Part shown: piece by piece, positions 1 to 9,703 of the stretch
How the letters are laid out: every line of letters begins with the position of its first letter
Numbering within the stretch: the stretch's first letter is position 1
Assembly (NCBI GenBank): GCA_050260105.1
Contig: JBLNBR010000035.1
Coordinates: 7,224 to 71,223 of the forward strand
Source: Ignavibacteriales bacterium
GTDB taxonomy: Bacteria > Bacillota > Sulfobacillia > JABLXB01
DNA: 64,000 nucleotides
Reading direction: 5' to 3'
Notes under the pieces: model-generated
What the model saw: the letters and a program-made list of their open reading frames with translations, nothing else
Told to the model about the DNA's origin: nothing
The model's database searches: none
Made by a program: the position numbers and the translations under genes

Positions 1-1095
1 GGCCTGGAGCACCTTCTGTTTGTGCTCCTGGCTCTGCATGTCGATGAAATCGATGACGATGATCCCGCCTATGTCACGCAGGCGGAGTTGTCGCGCTATC
101 TCTCTCGCGGCCTCCATATTGGTCCTGAACACTGTATCCGCAAGATTCGTCGTGCCTACGTACTTGCCGGTGTTGACGTCGATGGCGGTGAGGGCTTCCG
201 TATGGTCTATGACCAGGTACCCCCCTGATTTGAGCCATACCTTCTTCTTCAGCAGCTCCTCTATCTCCGTCTCCAGGCCGTACAGTTCGAACAGGCTCCG
301 GTCCTTTGAGGCGAAGAGGTGCACACGGCCTTTCAGTTCGGGTGAGATGACGTCGAGCAGTTCCAGGATGCGGTCGTATTCGTGGCGCGAATCCACGTGA
401 AGCCTTGCAACGTCCGCCGAGAAGAGGTCGCGCACAATCCTGTACACCAGGCCCAGATCCTTGTGGATGAGGCTCGGCGCCTGGGAATTCCTGGCCCGCG
501 CCTGGATCCTGTTCCAGAGGCGAAGCAGGAAGTCGAGGTCCTGCCGCAGCTCGTGCTCGCTCTTCCCTTCCGCGACCGTTCGCACGATCAGCCCAATGCC
601 GGGCGCCTTGAGCCCTTCGGCCATCTTCCGCAGCCGGTCCCTTTCCTGGTCGCCCTCGATTCTCCTCGACACGCCCACATAGTCCACCATGGGCATGAGT
701 ACGAAGTATCTTCCGGGCAGCGTGAAGTATCTGGTAACCCTGGCCCCTTTCGTTCCTATCGGTTCCTTGATCACCTGGACGAGGATTTCCTGGCGCGGCT
801 TCAGGATATCCCTGATCGTCTTCTTTCGAAACTCCTCGCCGGGGTCGTCGTCGTCGTCGCCGTTTCGGGGGACAGTAGCGTCGTCCACGTAGAGAAACGC
901 GTTGCGCTCGAGGCCTATGTCGACAAACGATGCCTGCATGCCCGGTAGTACGTTTTCGACCCGTCCCTTATAGATGTTGCCCGCAATCCTTTGAGTTACC
1001 GGCCTCTCGATGTAGATCTCGGCAAGTACACCCTGTTCGAGTACGGCGACGCGAGTCTCGTCGTAGTCTACGGTAATCAGGATCTCTTTCTCCAA
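1..1095 (-). CDS. rng: Rne/Rng-family ribonuclease (RNase G/E-like), 3' end cut by the window edge
   Basis: Absent from the ORF track because it runs off the edge. Minus-strand translation from TTG at 1095 (GGAG about 10 nt upstream) reads LEKEILITVDYDETRVAVLEQGVLAEIYIERP, an S1-type N-terminus. At the edge it reads QLRLRDIGGIIVIDFIDMQSQEHKQKVLQA, an RNase E/G core signature. It follows the rSAM/DUF2344 pair, as is usual in Firmicutes. Confidence 0.85.
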   Translation of the reverse strand, partial: MEKEILITVDYDETRVAVLEQGVLAEIYIERPVTQRIAGNIYKGRVENVLPGMQASFVDIGLERNAFLYVDDATVPRNGDDDDDPGEEFRKKTIRDILKPRQEILVQVIKEPIGTKGARVTRYFTLPGRYFVLMPMVDYVGVSRRIEGDQERDRLRKMAEGLKAPGIGLIVRTVAEGKSEHELRQDLDFLLRLWNRIQARARNSQAPSLIHKDLGLVYRIVRDLFSADVARLHVDSRHEYDRILELLDVISPELKGRVHLFASKDRSLFELYGLETEIEELLKKKVWLKSGGYLVIDHTEALTAIDVNTGKYVGTTNLADTVFRTNMEAAREIARQLRLRDIGGIIVIDFIDMQSQEHKQKVLQA

Positions 1096-1148
1096 ATTGA
1101 GTGTCACTCCTCAGTAAGTGGGTCATGCCCACGACAAACAGAACCCGC

Positions 1149-1841
1149 TCAGAGTATCGGCTCCATCCGCCCGCCGCCGAACCGGAAAACGCCGCTCCTG
1201 TGATACCTGGCCCCTGGGAGATCGAGCCAACACCCTCCCATTGAGTCTATTGCCCGCAACACTTCGTCCGGCCTGGCGCTGGCGGAACCCCCCGCCCGCA
1301 ATACCATATCGAACGCCGCCACGCCGCGGTCCCTGCGCCCCTCCAGCCGCAGTACCAGTGGGCGGATGTCCACGGTAAGCGGGGTTTTCCCTTCGCGTCG
1401 CCTCTCAACGAGGACGTCCCGCGCACAGAGAAACCCGTTCGCCACCTCACCGGCATCCACCGTATCATTCGTAGTCGGCACAACGACGCTGTATGCCGCG
1501 GCGCCAACCTCGGACATGGCCGATTGCCCGCCCTCTTGCATCTCCCTGGCCGACACCACGCGGAAACCCGGCGGGAGCGATCCGTTGATCTCCCCTATGA
1601 TCCTGTGCAGATCCACGGGGATTTCAGTCTCGATGTCGAGCACGTCGTTCGAGCTCGTCTGGCCGACCGCCAGGGGCATGGCGAACGACATCTTCGGGTG
1701 GGGATTGAACCCCTGCGAAAACGACAGGGGAACCCTCGCCCTCCGGAACGCGCGCGAAAAAGTCCGCATCGTGTCCAGGTGTGAAATGAACCTCACCGGG
1801 TCTCCCTTTTCGAACAACAGTCTCACATGCATACGCCGCAC
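1149..1841 (-). CDS. TIGR03936-type radical SAM-linked protein (DUF2344)
   Basis: 230-aa ORF containing VRFISHLDTMRTFSRAFRRA...FSQGFNPHPKMSF, typical of this family. It overlaps the stop of the upstream rSAM gene. The start may instead be the ATG at 1832. Confidence 0.8.
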   Translation of the reverse strand: MRRMHVRLLFEKGDPVRFISHLDTMRTFSRAFRRARVPLSFSQGFNPHPKMSFAMPLAVGQTSSNDVLDIETEIPVDLHRIIGEINGSLPPGFRVVSAREMQEGGQSAMSEVGAAAYSVVVPTTNDTVDAGEVANGFLCARDVLVERRREGKTPLTVDIRPLVLRLEGRRDRGVAAFDMVLRAGGSASARPDEVLRAIDSMGGCWLDLPGARYHRSGVFRFGGGRMEPIL

Positions 1842-3703
1842 GCCTCACACTCACTTGCCCTGCAGTCGGGGGTCGTGACGCCCTTCAACGCCCTCGCCTT
1901 CTCTCGCAACAGGAATTCCCGCGTGATTCGCGAGTCGATGTGGTCCCACGGAAAGACCTCCCCGTCCGGCCGCCTCCGGTTGGCGTAGAATGACGGTTCA
2001 ATGCCGTGGGTATGCAGGGCTGTCAGCCACACGTCCTCTTTAAACTGGTCCGACCACGAGTCGAACCTCGCCCCTTGCCTCCACGCCTCGACCAGCGCCG
2101 CACGCAGCCGCCTGTCGCCCCGGGCAAACACGGCCTCCATCACGCTCGTGCCGGGGTCGTGCCAGTCAAAACGGGCGCCCGTCCTCCTGAGCCTGTCCCT
2201 CAATAGCCCCTGTTTACGTTCGATCTCCTCGCGCGAGTCCTGGGGTTCCCACTGGAAAGGCGTATGGGCCTTTGGAACGAAGGTGGACGCGCTAACGGTC
2301 AGCCTTGCTCCGCCGCGGGACCCGTCGCGGCGAGACCCGGCCCTGTCCCTGCCTCCCTTCACCTCCCTGTAGACCTGCGCGACCCTGCCTGCAAGCGACG
2401 CGATTCCCTCGATATCATCATCGGTTTCTGTGGGCAAACCGATCATGAAGTACAGTTTGATCGAATCCCAGCCCGCCTCGAACGCCGCGGCCGCGGCCTC
2501 GACGAGGTCCCGCTCAGTCACCCGCTTGTTGATGACATCCCGCAAACGCTGCGTCCCCGCCTCGGGCGCGAACGTCAACCCCGACTTGCGCACCGCGCGG
2601 ACGCGGTTCGCTATCCCCACTGAGAAGGCATCAACGCGCAGGGAGGGGAGGGAAAGGTTCACGTATTCAGGGCCCAGCTCCCGCGTGAGATCACCGATCA
2701 CGTCCTGGATGGCCCCGTAGTCGGTGCTCGAGAGCGACATCAACGACACCTCGTCGTAGCCCGTGTTTCGAACGATTTCCCGCGCCGCCCGCTCGACGTC
2801 CTCCTTTGAGCGCTCGCGGACCGGCCTGTATATCATCCCCGCCTGGCAGAACCGGCAGCCCCTCGTGCATCCCCTGAACAGCTCCACGACCGCCCTGTCG
2901 TGGACTACATCCAGGAAAGGCACTACGGGCGCCAGGGGGTAACAGGCGAGGTCCAGATTGGGGGCCACGCGCCTGGTGACGCGCGCGGGGGCCGAGGTAT
3001 CCAGAACGGCAATCCCTCGCACAGTGCCGTCGGGGTTGTACTCCGGCTCATAGAGCGAGGGGACGTAACACCCCTCGATTCGCGCGAGGCTCTTGAGTAG
3101 CTCGCGCCTTTCCGCGGACCCGTGGGGCAGCCCGCCGGCGGCGGATTTCCAGTCGCGGTACCTGTCGATTATCTCGTCCAGGGCTTCCTCGGCGTCACCT
3201 ATGAGGAGGCAATCGAACAGGCCGGCCACCGGCTCCGGATTCAGGGCGCACGGGCCGCCCCCTATCACCAGCGGATCGCCGGCGCCCCTGTCCCGGGATG
3301 CGAGCGGGATCATCGAGAGATCAAGCATATTCACTATGTTGGTGTACGTCATCTCGTATTGCAGCGTGAAACCCACAATATCGAACTCCCCGATGGGAGT
3401 GCGGGTTTCCAGGCTGAACAGCGGCACGCCGTGTTGGCGCATGAGCCTTTCCATGTCGATCCAGGGGGCGAAGACCCGCTCGCACGCGACGTCCGGTCTG
3501 CGATTGAGCAGGTGATACACGATTTTGAGTCCGACGTGGGACATCCCCACCTCGTATACATCGGGAAACGCGAACGCGAAGGTGACGTCAACGTCGCGGT
3601 GATCCTTGACCACCTGGTTCCATTCACCGCCGGTGTACCTGGCCGGCCTGGAGACGCGCTGCAGCATCCCGTCTACGTCGAGCGCCATCCGGAAATCACC
3701 CAC
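1823..3703 (-). CDS. TIGR03960-type B12-binding-domain radical SAM protein
   Basis: 626-aa ORF with the CTRGCRFCQAG (CxxxCxxC) cluster motif. The N-terminal half looks like a B12-binding domain. It shows the conserved pairing with the DUF2344 gene. Confidence 0.85.
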   Translation of the reverse strand: MGDFRMALDVDGMLQRVSRPARYTGGEWNQVVKDHRDVDVTFAFAFPDVYEVGMSHVGLKIVYHLLNRRPDVACERVFAPWIDMERLMRQHGVPLFSLETRTPIGEFDIVGFTLQYEMTYTNIVNMLDLSMIPLASRDRGAGDPLVIGGGPCALNPEPVAGLFDCLLIGDAEEALDEIIDRYRDWKSAAGGLPHGSAERRELLKSLARIEGCYVPSLYEPEYNPDGTVRGIAVLDTSAPARVTRRVAPNLDLACYPLAPVVPFLDVVHDRAVVELFRGCTRGCRFCQAGMIYRPVRERSKEDVERAAREIVRNTGYDEVSLMSLSSTDYGAIQDVIGDLTRELGPEYVNLSLPSLRVDAFSVGIANRVRAVRKSGLTFAPEAGTQRLRDVINKRVTERDLVEAAAAAFEAGWDSIKLYFMIGLPTETDDDIEGIASLAGRVAQVYREVKGGRDRAGSRRDGSRGGARLTVSASTFVPKAHTPFQWEPQDSREEIERKQGLLRDRLRRTGARFDWHDPGTSVMEAVFARGDRRLRAALVEAWRQGARFDSWSDQFKEDVWLTALHTHGIEPSFYANRRRPDGEVFPWDHIDSRITREFLLREKARALKGVTTPDCRASECEACGVCM

Positions 3704-3719
3704 TCAATTATACCCAGAT

Positions 3720-4625
3720 TCAGCCAGCATTACCATGAGTACGATCTCGGGGACCCTGCCGGACGAGATCCTCCAGGGTGGTGTCTCCCCTGCCCGAGAA
3801 GAAGCATTCCAGCAGCTCGGACTCCCAAACCTGTCCGTTGATGGCTCCAGAGCCGCCAACTACGGCGACGAGGTGATGCTTGTTCGGTGACAGCCTCGGG
3901 CAGATCTCCGCCACGGTCAGCGTCCCAAGTGCTACAACGCGTTCGAGGGGCATGACCCGCCTCTTCCGCAGTAATTCCCTTTTCACCATGAGGGCCCTCA
4001 TTACCAGGAACCGGGCGGATTCGGCCTCGTGACGGCCCGCGACATAGACGAAGAACGCGAAGGCAAACGCGTTGGGCACCAGGTTTCCGGCCATCGCAGA
4101 GTAGATGCCCCACAGGAACATGCCCAGGGCCACGGCGTTGCCGACCCTGGAGAGGATCGCGGTCGCCGGGCCGTACCCGGATACCCTCGCGATGTACCCG
4201 CGGAGTATACGCCCCCCGTCGAGGGGCAGGGCTGGGAGCAGGTTGAAGAATCCCAGGGACAGGGTGGCGTCAAGGTAGAATGAGAGGAGGCCCGTGTCGC
4301 CGGAGACCTTCCTCACGGCGAGGCCGAGGCCGTACAGGAGGAAGTTGTTGAGGGGTCCCGCGGTCGCGATCACCGCCTCCACCACGGGCTCATCCGCGGG
4401 CATCCCTCCCGTCCTGGCCATGCCCCCGAACGGGAAGACCTCGATCCCGAGCACCTCGACGCCGCAAGCTCGCGCCACGAGGAGGTGGGCGAGTTCGTGG
4501 GCGATGACGAGAAGGCACAACACCACAACCTGCGCTCCGAGGCCGGCCGCCGCATAGGCGGCGATCATCAGCACGAAGTAGGGGTTGAGGTATACAGGAA
4601 TGCCCGCAATGGTGAAGACGCGCAC
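3720..4625 (-). CDS. spoIVFB: M50 site-2 metalloprotease, SpoIVFB-like, with a C-terminal CBS-like region
   Basis: HELAHLLVA (HExxH) lies in a TM segment and NLLPALPLDGG is the second M50 motif. The protein is polytopic. It sits directly after an M23 (SpoIVFA-position) gene with a 1-nt gap. Confidence 0.75.
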   Translation of the reverse strand: MRVFTIAGIPVYLNPYFVLMIAAYAAAGLGAQVVVLCLLVIAHELAHLLVARACGVEVLGIEVFPFGGMARTGGMPADEPVVEAVIATAGPLNNFLLYGLGLAVRKVSGDTGLLSFYLDATLSLGFFNLLPALPLDGGRILRGYIARVSGYGPATAILSRVGNAVALGMFLWGIYSAMAGNLVPNAFAFAFFVYVAGRHEAESARFLVMRALMVKRELLRKRRVMPLERVVALGTLTVAEICPRLSPNKHHLVAVVGGSGAINGQVWESELLECFFSGRGDTTLEDLVRQGPRDRTHGNAG

Positions 4626-4626
4626 A

Positions 4627-5370
4627 TCAAAGCGAAGGGAGGTACTTCAACGGATCGACCCGGTTCCCGTCCAGGAGCACCTCGAAGTGAAGGTGCGCCC
4701 CGGCCGCGCCGCCGGCGCCTTCCGTGCCGCCTGTGCCACCCGTGCCGGCAGGCGTCCCGAGTGTGCCGATGACGTCGCCCTGTTCGACCCTGCTCTTCAG
4801 TATCACATTCACTTCCGAGCAGTTGGAGTAGGTGGTCATCAGGCCCCTGCCGTGATCCAGTTCGATAACCCTGCCGTAAACCAGGCTGTCGCGTATGTTC
4901 GTGACGACGCCGGCCGCCGCCGCCCTCACCGCCGTGCCAGCGGGGGCGCTGATGTCGATCCCTTCGTGCAGATTCTCAATCCTGGTCGCCGGGTCGGTCC
5001 TCCAGCCGTATAGCATCGTCAGTCTGCCGTTCACGGGCCAGGCCATCCTGACGGCGGGGGCGCCGGTCACGGGAAACGCCAGGAATCCCTGTGCAGATAC
5101 CCCGGCGGCAGCCCGCTTGAGCGCCGCGAGCACCGGGGCGAAGTCGGAGTCGGTGGTGAACGCCCAGCGCAGGAGGCCGGTGAGCCTGGCGGCCGGCCAT
5201 GCCGGAAGGCGGCTCAGGGTCGAGACTACAAGGAATATCGCGAGGCAAGCGGTCACCTTCCGGATGAACGGAGACTCCATCGAGCGGGAAACGGATGAAG
5301 CCATCCTGTGGTAGTAGCGTCGCGAGATAGCCCGCCTGACGCGGAATGTTCCGTAACTCATGCCCCTCAC
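4627..5370 (-). CDS. M23 (LytM-type) metallopeptidase in the SpoIVFA position
   Basis: HEGIDI (HxxxD) and HLHFEV (HxH) motifs are present. There is an N-terminal TM segment (CLAIFLVVSTL). Confidence 0.8.
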   Translation of the reverse strand: MRGMSYGTFRVRRAISRRYYHRMASSVSRSMESPFIRKVTACLAIFLVVSTLSRLPAWPAARLTGLLRWAFTTDSDFAPVLAALKRAAAGVSAQGFLAFPVTGAPAVRMAWPVNGRLTMLYGWRTDPATRIENLHEGIDISAPAGTAVRAAAAGVVTNIRDSLVYGRVIELDHGRGLMTTYSNCSEVNVILKSRVEQGDVIGTLGTPAGTGGTGGTEGAGGAAGAHLHFEVLLDGNRVDPLKYLPSL

Positions 5371-5496
5371 CTCGGCAGGCCAGTTGCGGCCCCGCCCGGG
5401 GTCCGCCCATACCGATCTTATTGAGGGGGGTGGGACAATATTCGGATTGCCTGCCGGCGCAACGCAATGGGGCGCTCGCCGTCAGGCCGGGTCACG

Positions 5497-6234
5497 TCAA
5501 ATCGGGTAGGTCCCTCCCTCCTCCGCCACCGAGGTTTCGCCCCCAAAAGCTGAGGATGCTTCCGCGACGAGCCGGGAGAAGTCGTGAAAGGGCCAGAGGT
5601 GTGTGAGGAGGAGTCGTCCAACACCTGCTTCGCGGGCTATCTCACCCGCCTGGCGCGCCGACAGATGCCCCCGGTAACCGCCGGAGGCATCCTCATCGAA
5701 GAGCGACGCCTCGCAGAGGAACACGTCCGCTCCGCGGGCCACTTCCAGGATCTGCGGGCACCAGGCGGTGTCTCCGCTGAATGCGAAAACCCTCCCGCCC
5801 GCGCTCACCCTGACCGAAAAACACGGGAACGGGTGGTCCACCGCCGTGAACTCGAACAGCATTCCACCGAGGGCGAGACTGTCCCCATCATCGACGCCGT
5901 GGGGGATCAGCGCCTCCTTATACGCGAGCCGCGAGAACTCGTCCTCCGGCGCCTTCGGGGCATACACATCGATGCCCGACGGCCTGTGGCTGTGCCTGAG
6001 ATCGGCGTCGGCCGCGTAGCGAAGGACCATCAGATCGGAAGTGTGGTCTCCGTGGAGGTGGCTCAACACCACGTCGGTGACCTCACGCAGGGGCATTGTC
6101 GCCTGCAGCTTGGCGAGCACGCCGCTCCCGCAGTCCACGAGCACACGCTTCCCCCCGTGTTCCAGCAGGTATCCCGAGCACGCGCCACCCGCCGCGGGGA
6201 ACGGCGCGTAACGGCCAAGGACTGTCAGATTCAT
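5497..6234 (-). CDS. MBL-fold metallo-hydrolase
   Basis: 245 aa with the HLHGDH motif and an N-terminal beta-lactamase-fold pattern (LVDCGSG). An ATGA overlap couples it to the upstream MBL gene. Confidence 0.8.
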   Translation of the reverse strand: MNLTVLGRYAPFPAAGGACSGYLLEHGGKRVLVDCGSGVLAKLQATMPLREVTDVVLSHLHGDHTSDLMVLRYAADADLRHSHRPSGIDVYAPKAPEDEFSRLAYKEALIPHGVDDGDSLALGGMLFEFTAVDHPFPCFSVRVSAGGRVFAFSGDTAWCPQILEVARGADVFLCEASLFDEDASGGYRGHLSARQAGEIAREAGVGRLLLTHLWPFHDFSRLVAEASSAFGGETSVAEEGGTYPI

Positions 6235-7190
6235 GGTTCATCCCCCGTTGGAATCTCGAATATCTCCCCCGGCCTGGCGGCCGAGTATATGGTGACCCCA
6301 TCCTCGTCGGACCGCGAAGCCCAGCCCTCCGAGACGATCCAGTCCAGGTGAGCCACGGTTTCACCTACCGCAAACCGCTGCTGGAACGGGTCCAGGTCCT
6401 TGCCGAATACCTCCACGGCCACCTCGTAGGCGCTGGAAGCCTTCCGCGACAGGATATCCAGCATTCGCCTGGCCCTGGCCACGTGATGGCGCACCGTCTC
6501 CCTCGCGCGTCCGGCGGGATCGTCCACGACTGGACCGTGACCAGGATACGCCACCGACGGCGACAGGGCCGCCACCCGCCTGAGCGACGCGACGTACTCC
6601 CTGATCGGGTTGAACCCTTCCCTCGTGGACAGGCCCACGTTCGGAGTGATGCGCGGCAGGATATGATCACCGGCGAACAACACGCCGCTGTCTTTCTCGA
6701 GGAGGCACAGGTGCCCCATCGTGTGTCCCGGGGTGAGCAGTACCACGTATTGCCTTCCCCCGGCCTCTATTGTGTCCCCATCCCTCAGCAGCCTATCGAC
6801 GACGGGGTAGTCCGTGAGGCCCCTGATCCGGTCCACCGCCGCATACGTCGCCCTGGCGCCGTCTTCCGGCATTCCGTAGCGGAGGAACATCTCCCAGTAT
6901 ACCCTGTCGTTTTCGGACGGCCCCGTGTAGAACCTCCGGCCCTCTTCGGCGTCGTCCTCGCTCATCCAGACCTCGCACCCCCACTCCCTCTGAAGGGCGC
7001 CGGCCGCCCCGCAGTGGTCCACATGAAGGTGGGTGACCATGATAGCGCGCGGCGGCCTTCGGACGGCGGCCATGAGGACGGCGAGGCCCGTAGGGTGGAG
7101 AGTCCCGCAATCCACGATGACATCGGGGGGATCGCCCAGGACGTAAACGTTGGTGGCCTTGACCGGCAGTGGAACCGGCACTCTGACCAT
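6231..7190 (-). CDS. MBL-fold metallo-hydrolase with a C-terminal winged-helix-like extension
   Basis: Contains the THLHVDHCG motif. The maximal ORF extends to 7394 and would overlap the divergent alaX-like start. The family N-terminus (MVRVPVPLPVKATNVYVL) argues for the ATG at 7190. Confidence 0.7.
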   Translation of the reverse strand: MVRVPVPLPVKATNVYVLGDPPDVIVDCGTLHPTGLAVLMAAVRRPPRAIMVTHLHVDHCGAAGALQREWGCEVWMSEDDAEEGRRFYTGPSENDRVYWEMFLRYGMPEDGARATYAAVDRIRGLTDYPVVDRLLRDGDTIEAGGRQYVVLLTPGHTMGHLCLLEKDSGVLFAGDHILPRITPNVGLSTREGFNPIREYVASLRRVAALSPSVAYPGHGPVVDDPAGRARETVRHHVARARRMLDILSRKASSAYEVAVEVFGKDLDPFQQRFAVGETVAHLDWIVSEGWASRSDEDGVTIYSAARPGEIFEIPTGDEP

Positions 7191-7383
7191 CCCTATTCCC
7201 TGCCCTACCGGCTCCACGCGGCATTCATCCAAAGAATATCCCCTTCTCCCCGTAATTCTACAGGCATGCGCCACACAGGCCAGGAGTGTTTCGACGGACT
7301 CCGGGGCGTAACCTGCCGGGCCCGTGCGGGCGGTGGGGAAGGATAAGCCTGGATAGGGCAGAATCCTGGTTTGCGGGGGTGAG

Positions 7384-8712
7384 ATGGTGTCCATTCGGCT
7401 GTACTATGACGACCCGTACCTGCTGGAATTCCGCGCCACGGTGGTATCCGTGACGCGAGGCGCCTCCTGCGCGGTGGTGCTCGACCGGACGGCTTTCTAC
7501 CCCACCTCAGGGGGCCAGCCCTGCGACCTGGGATGGATCGGGGGCTGCGAGGTCAGCGACGTCTCCGAACGGGACGGGGAAGTCGTCCACACGCTTCGCT
7601 CGTGCGAGGGCATCGAGCCGGGACGCGAGGTGGACTGCCGCGTGGAGCCCGTGCGGCGGCGCGATCACATGCAACAGCACCTCGGGCAGCACATCCTCTC
7701 ATCCGCGTTCGAGAAGATCCTCGACGCCTCGACCGTGGGCTTCCACCTGGGGCCGGAATCGGTGACGATAGACCTCGACATCCCCTCACTTGACGAATCC
7801 CGGGCCAACCGCGCGGAGGACCTCGCCAACAAAGTGGTAATGCAGGACCGCGCCGCAAATGCCGTGTGGCTCTCGAGGGACGAGGCGCTGAGACTGCCCC
7901 TCAGGAAGGCCCCCGAACGCGAGGGCCCTCTCAGGATAGTCATCGTCGAGGACTTCGACTGTTCACCCTGCGGAGGGACCCATCCGCGCCGCACCGGAGA
8001 AGTGGGCGTGGTCAAGATAGTGGGATGGGAACGGGCCCACGCGGGGGTTCGCGTAACGTTCCTGTCCGGGGACAGGGCACTGCGGGACTACAGGTGGAAG
8101 AACGCAACCATCGCCGACATCGCCCGGCGGTTCTCGGTGGCCCCTCGCGAGGTGGGTGAGGCTGTGGCAAGGCAGTACGACAGGGCGCAGGCCCTGGCGA
8201 AGCGGGTGGAGTGCTTGTCCGCCGAGGTGCTCGACTACGAGGCGGCTTCCCTCATCGCGGAAAGCGCGGGTGGCGTCGCCGAAAGCGGCGCTGGCGCCAC
8301 GGCGGGCGCCACAGCGGGGTCTCCGGTTATCGTCGCACGGTCATTCACCGGCCGGCCCTTCGATGAGGTCAAGGGACTCGCCGCGAGAATCACCTCGCGG
8401 GGAAACGCAGTCGCGCTGCTTTCGTGCAGCGTTGACGGGGCTTTACGGGTGGTATTCGCCCGCTCGGAAGATGTCCAGGGGGATATGAACGGGCTGATGA
8501 AGTCCACCATGGCGGCATTCGGCGGCAGGGGCGGCGGCACACCCATGGCGGCGCACGGCGGCGTGAACGAGCGCCCGGCCGGCTCGGGGGACGCCGGCGC
8601 AAGGCAAGGCGGCGCGGAGCACAGCGGCGCGGGGGAAAAGGACACGCGGAAAAGCGATATCGGGCGAGAGGTTATCTCACACGCCCTCCACTGCTTCAGG
8701 CCTCGTCCCTAG
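7384..8712 (+). CDS. Alanyl-tRNA editing protein (AlaX-L type, editing domain plus DHHA1-like C-terminus)
   Basis: HMQQHLGQH (HxxxH) and CGGTH zinc motifs of the Thr/Ala-tRNA synthetase second additional domain. There is a low-complexity GATAGATAG insert and a tail. Confidence 0.8.
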   Translation: MVSIRLYYDDPYLLEFRATVVSVTRGASCAVVLDRTAFYPTSGGQPCDLGWIGGCEVSDVSERDGEVVHTLRSCEGIEPGREVDCRVEPVRRRDHMQQHLGQHILSSAFEKILDASTVGFHLGPESVTIDLDIPSLDESRANRAEDLANKVVMQDRAANAVWLSRDEALRLPLRKAPEREGPLRIVIVEDFDCSPCGGTHPRRTGEVGVVKIVGWERAHAGVRVTFLSGDRALRDYRWKNATIADIARRFSVAPREVGEAVARQYDRAQALAKRVECLSAEVLDYEAASLIAESAGGVAESGAGATAGATAGSPVIVARSFTGRPFDEVKGLAARITSRGNAVALLSCSVDGALRVVFARSEDVQGDMNGLMKSTMAAFGGRGGGTPMAAHGGVNERPAGSGDAGARQGGAEHSGAGEKDTRKSDIGREVISHALHCFRPRP

Positions 8713-9697
8713 AGTACTCGAGGGCGCTTCTCGCCCAGTCGGGGTCTGCCAGCAGGGCGCGCCCGACCCCCACCAGATCCACCCTGTCATACTTGATCAG
8801 CCTGTTGGCGAACTCCGGTTCGGTTATCCCGCCGGTGCATATCACGGGCGCCCCGCTCTCCTTGCGGATCCTGGCGGCGAGGGGCACGAAGTATCCCTGT
8901 ACCCCCTGCAAGAAATCGGGCCTGGAGCCGCACATCCCCCCTGAGACGTCGATGATGTCGACGCCCGCCTCCAGCAACGCCCCCGCTACTTTTACGGCGT
9001 CGTCGAGCATGAGCCCGCCCTTGACGCCATCCCATGCGCCGAGCCTGTACAGCACGGGGTAATCCGGCCCCACCGCGGCGCGAACAGCCCTCGTCACCTG
9101 GACGGGGAAACGCATCCTGTTGTCGATGGTCCCGCCGTATTCGTCGGTCCTGAGGTTCGTCAGCGGCGACAGGAACTGCCCCAACAGGTAGCCGTGAGCG
9201 CCGTGGATTTCGACCCCGTCGAAACCGGCCTTGACTGCACGGGCAGCCGCAGCGGCAAATAGATCCGTAATCCGGGCGATCTCCGCCACCGTGAGCTCTT
9301 CGGGAACACCCTGCCCCTCGGGGTGGGGCACCGGGGATGGTCCCAGGAGGCGCCGCTCCCGGCATTCGTGGGCGGCCGCACTCCCGGCATGGGTTATCTG
9401 GAGCGCTATCGCGGCCCCTTCACCTTTGACCACCTTCGTGACTTCCCTGAATCCATCCACGAGTGTGTCCCTGTCGACCGCCGCCTGGCCGGGGCCGCAC
9501 TTGCCGTCCAAGTCCACGTATGAGTGCTCGAAGATGATGAGGCCCACCCCCGCGGCCGCGCGCTTGCGATAGTGCTCGACGTGCGAGGGGGTCAGATCCC
9601 CGTTTTCCCGGGCCATGCCGGTCGCCATGGGCGGCATGACGAGGCGGTTGCGGAGATGGAGACGCCTCGCGCTGAATGGGCTGGCCAGGCTTGCCAT
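8696..9697 (-). CDS. NADH:flavin oxidoreductase, Old Yellow Enzyme family
   Basis: Contains LRNRLVMPPM, HGAHGYLLGQFLSP and RTDEYGG, which are OYE TIM-barrel signatures. Confidence 0.85.
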   Translation of the reverse strand: MASLASPFSARRLHLRNRLVMPPMATGMARENGDLTPSHVEHYRKRAAAGVGLIIFEHSYVDLDGKCGPGQAAVDRDTLVDGFREVTKVVKGEGAAIALQITHAGSAAAHECRERRLLGPSPVPHPEGQGVPEELTVAEIARITDLFAAAAARAVKAGFDGVEIHGAHGYLLGQFLSPLTNLRTDEYGGTIDNRMRFPVQVTRAVRAAVGPDYPVLYRLGAWDGVKGGLMLDDAVKVAGALLEAGVDIIDVSGGMCGSRPDFLQGVQGYFVPLAARIRKESGAPVICTGGITEPEFANRLIKYDRVDLVGVGRALLADPDWARSALEYSRDEA

Positions 9698-9703
9698 CGG
9701 GGC

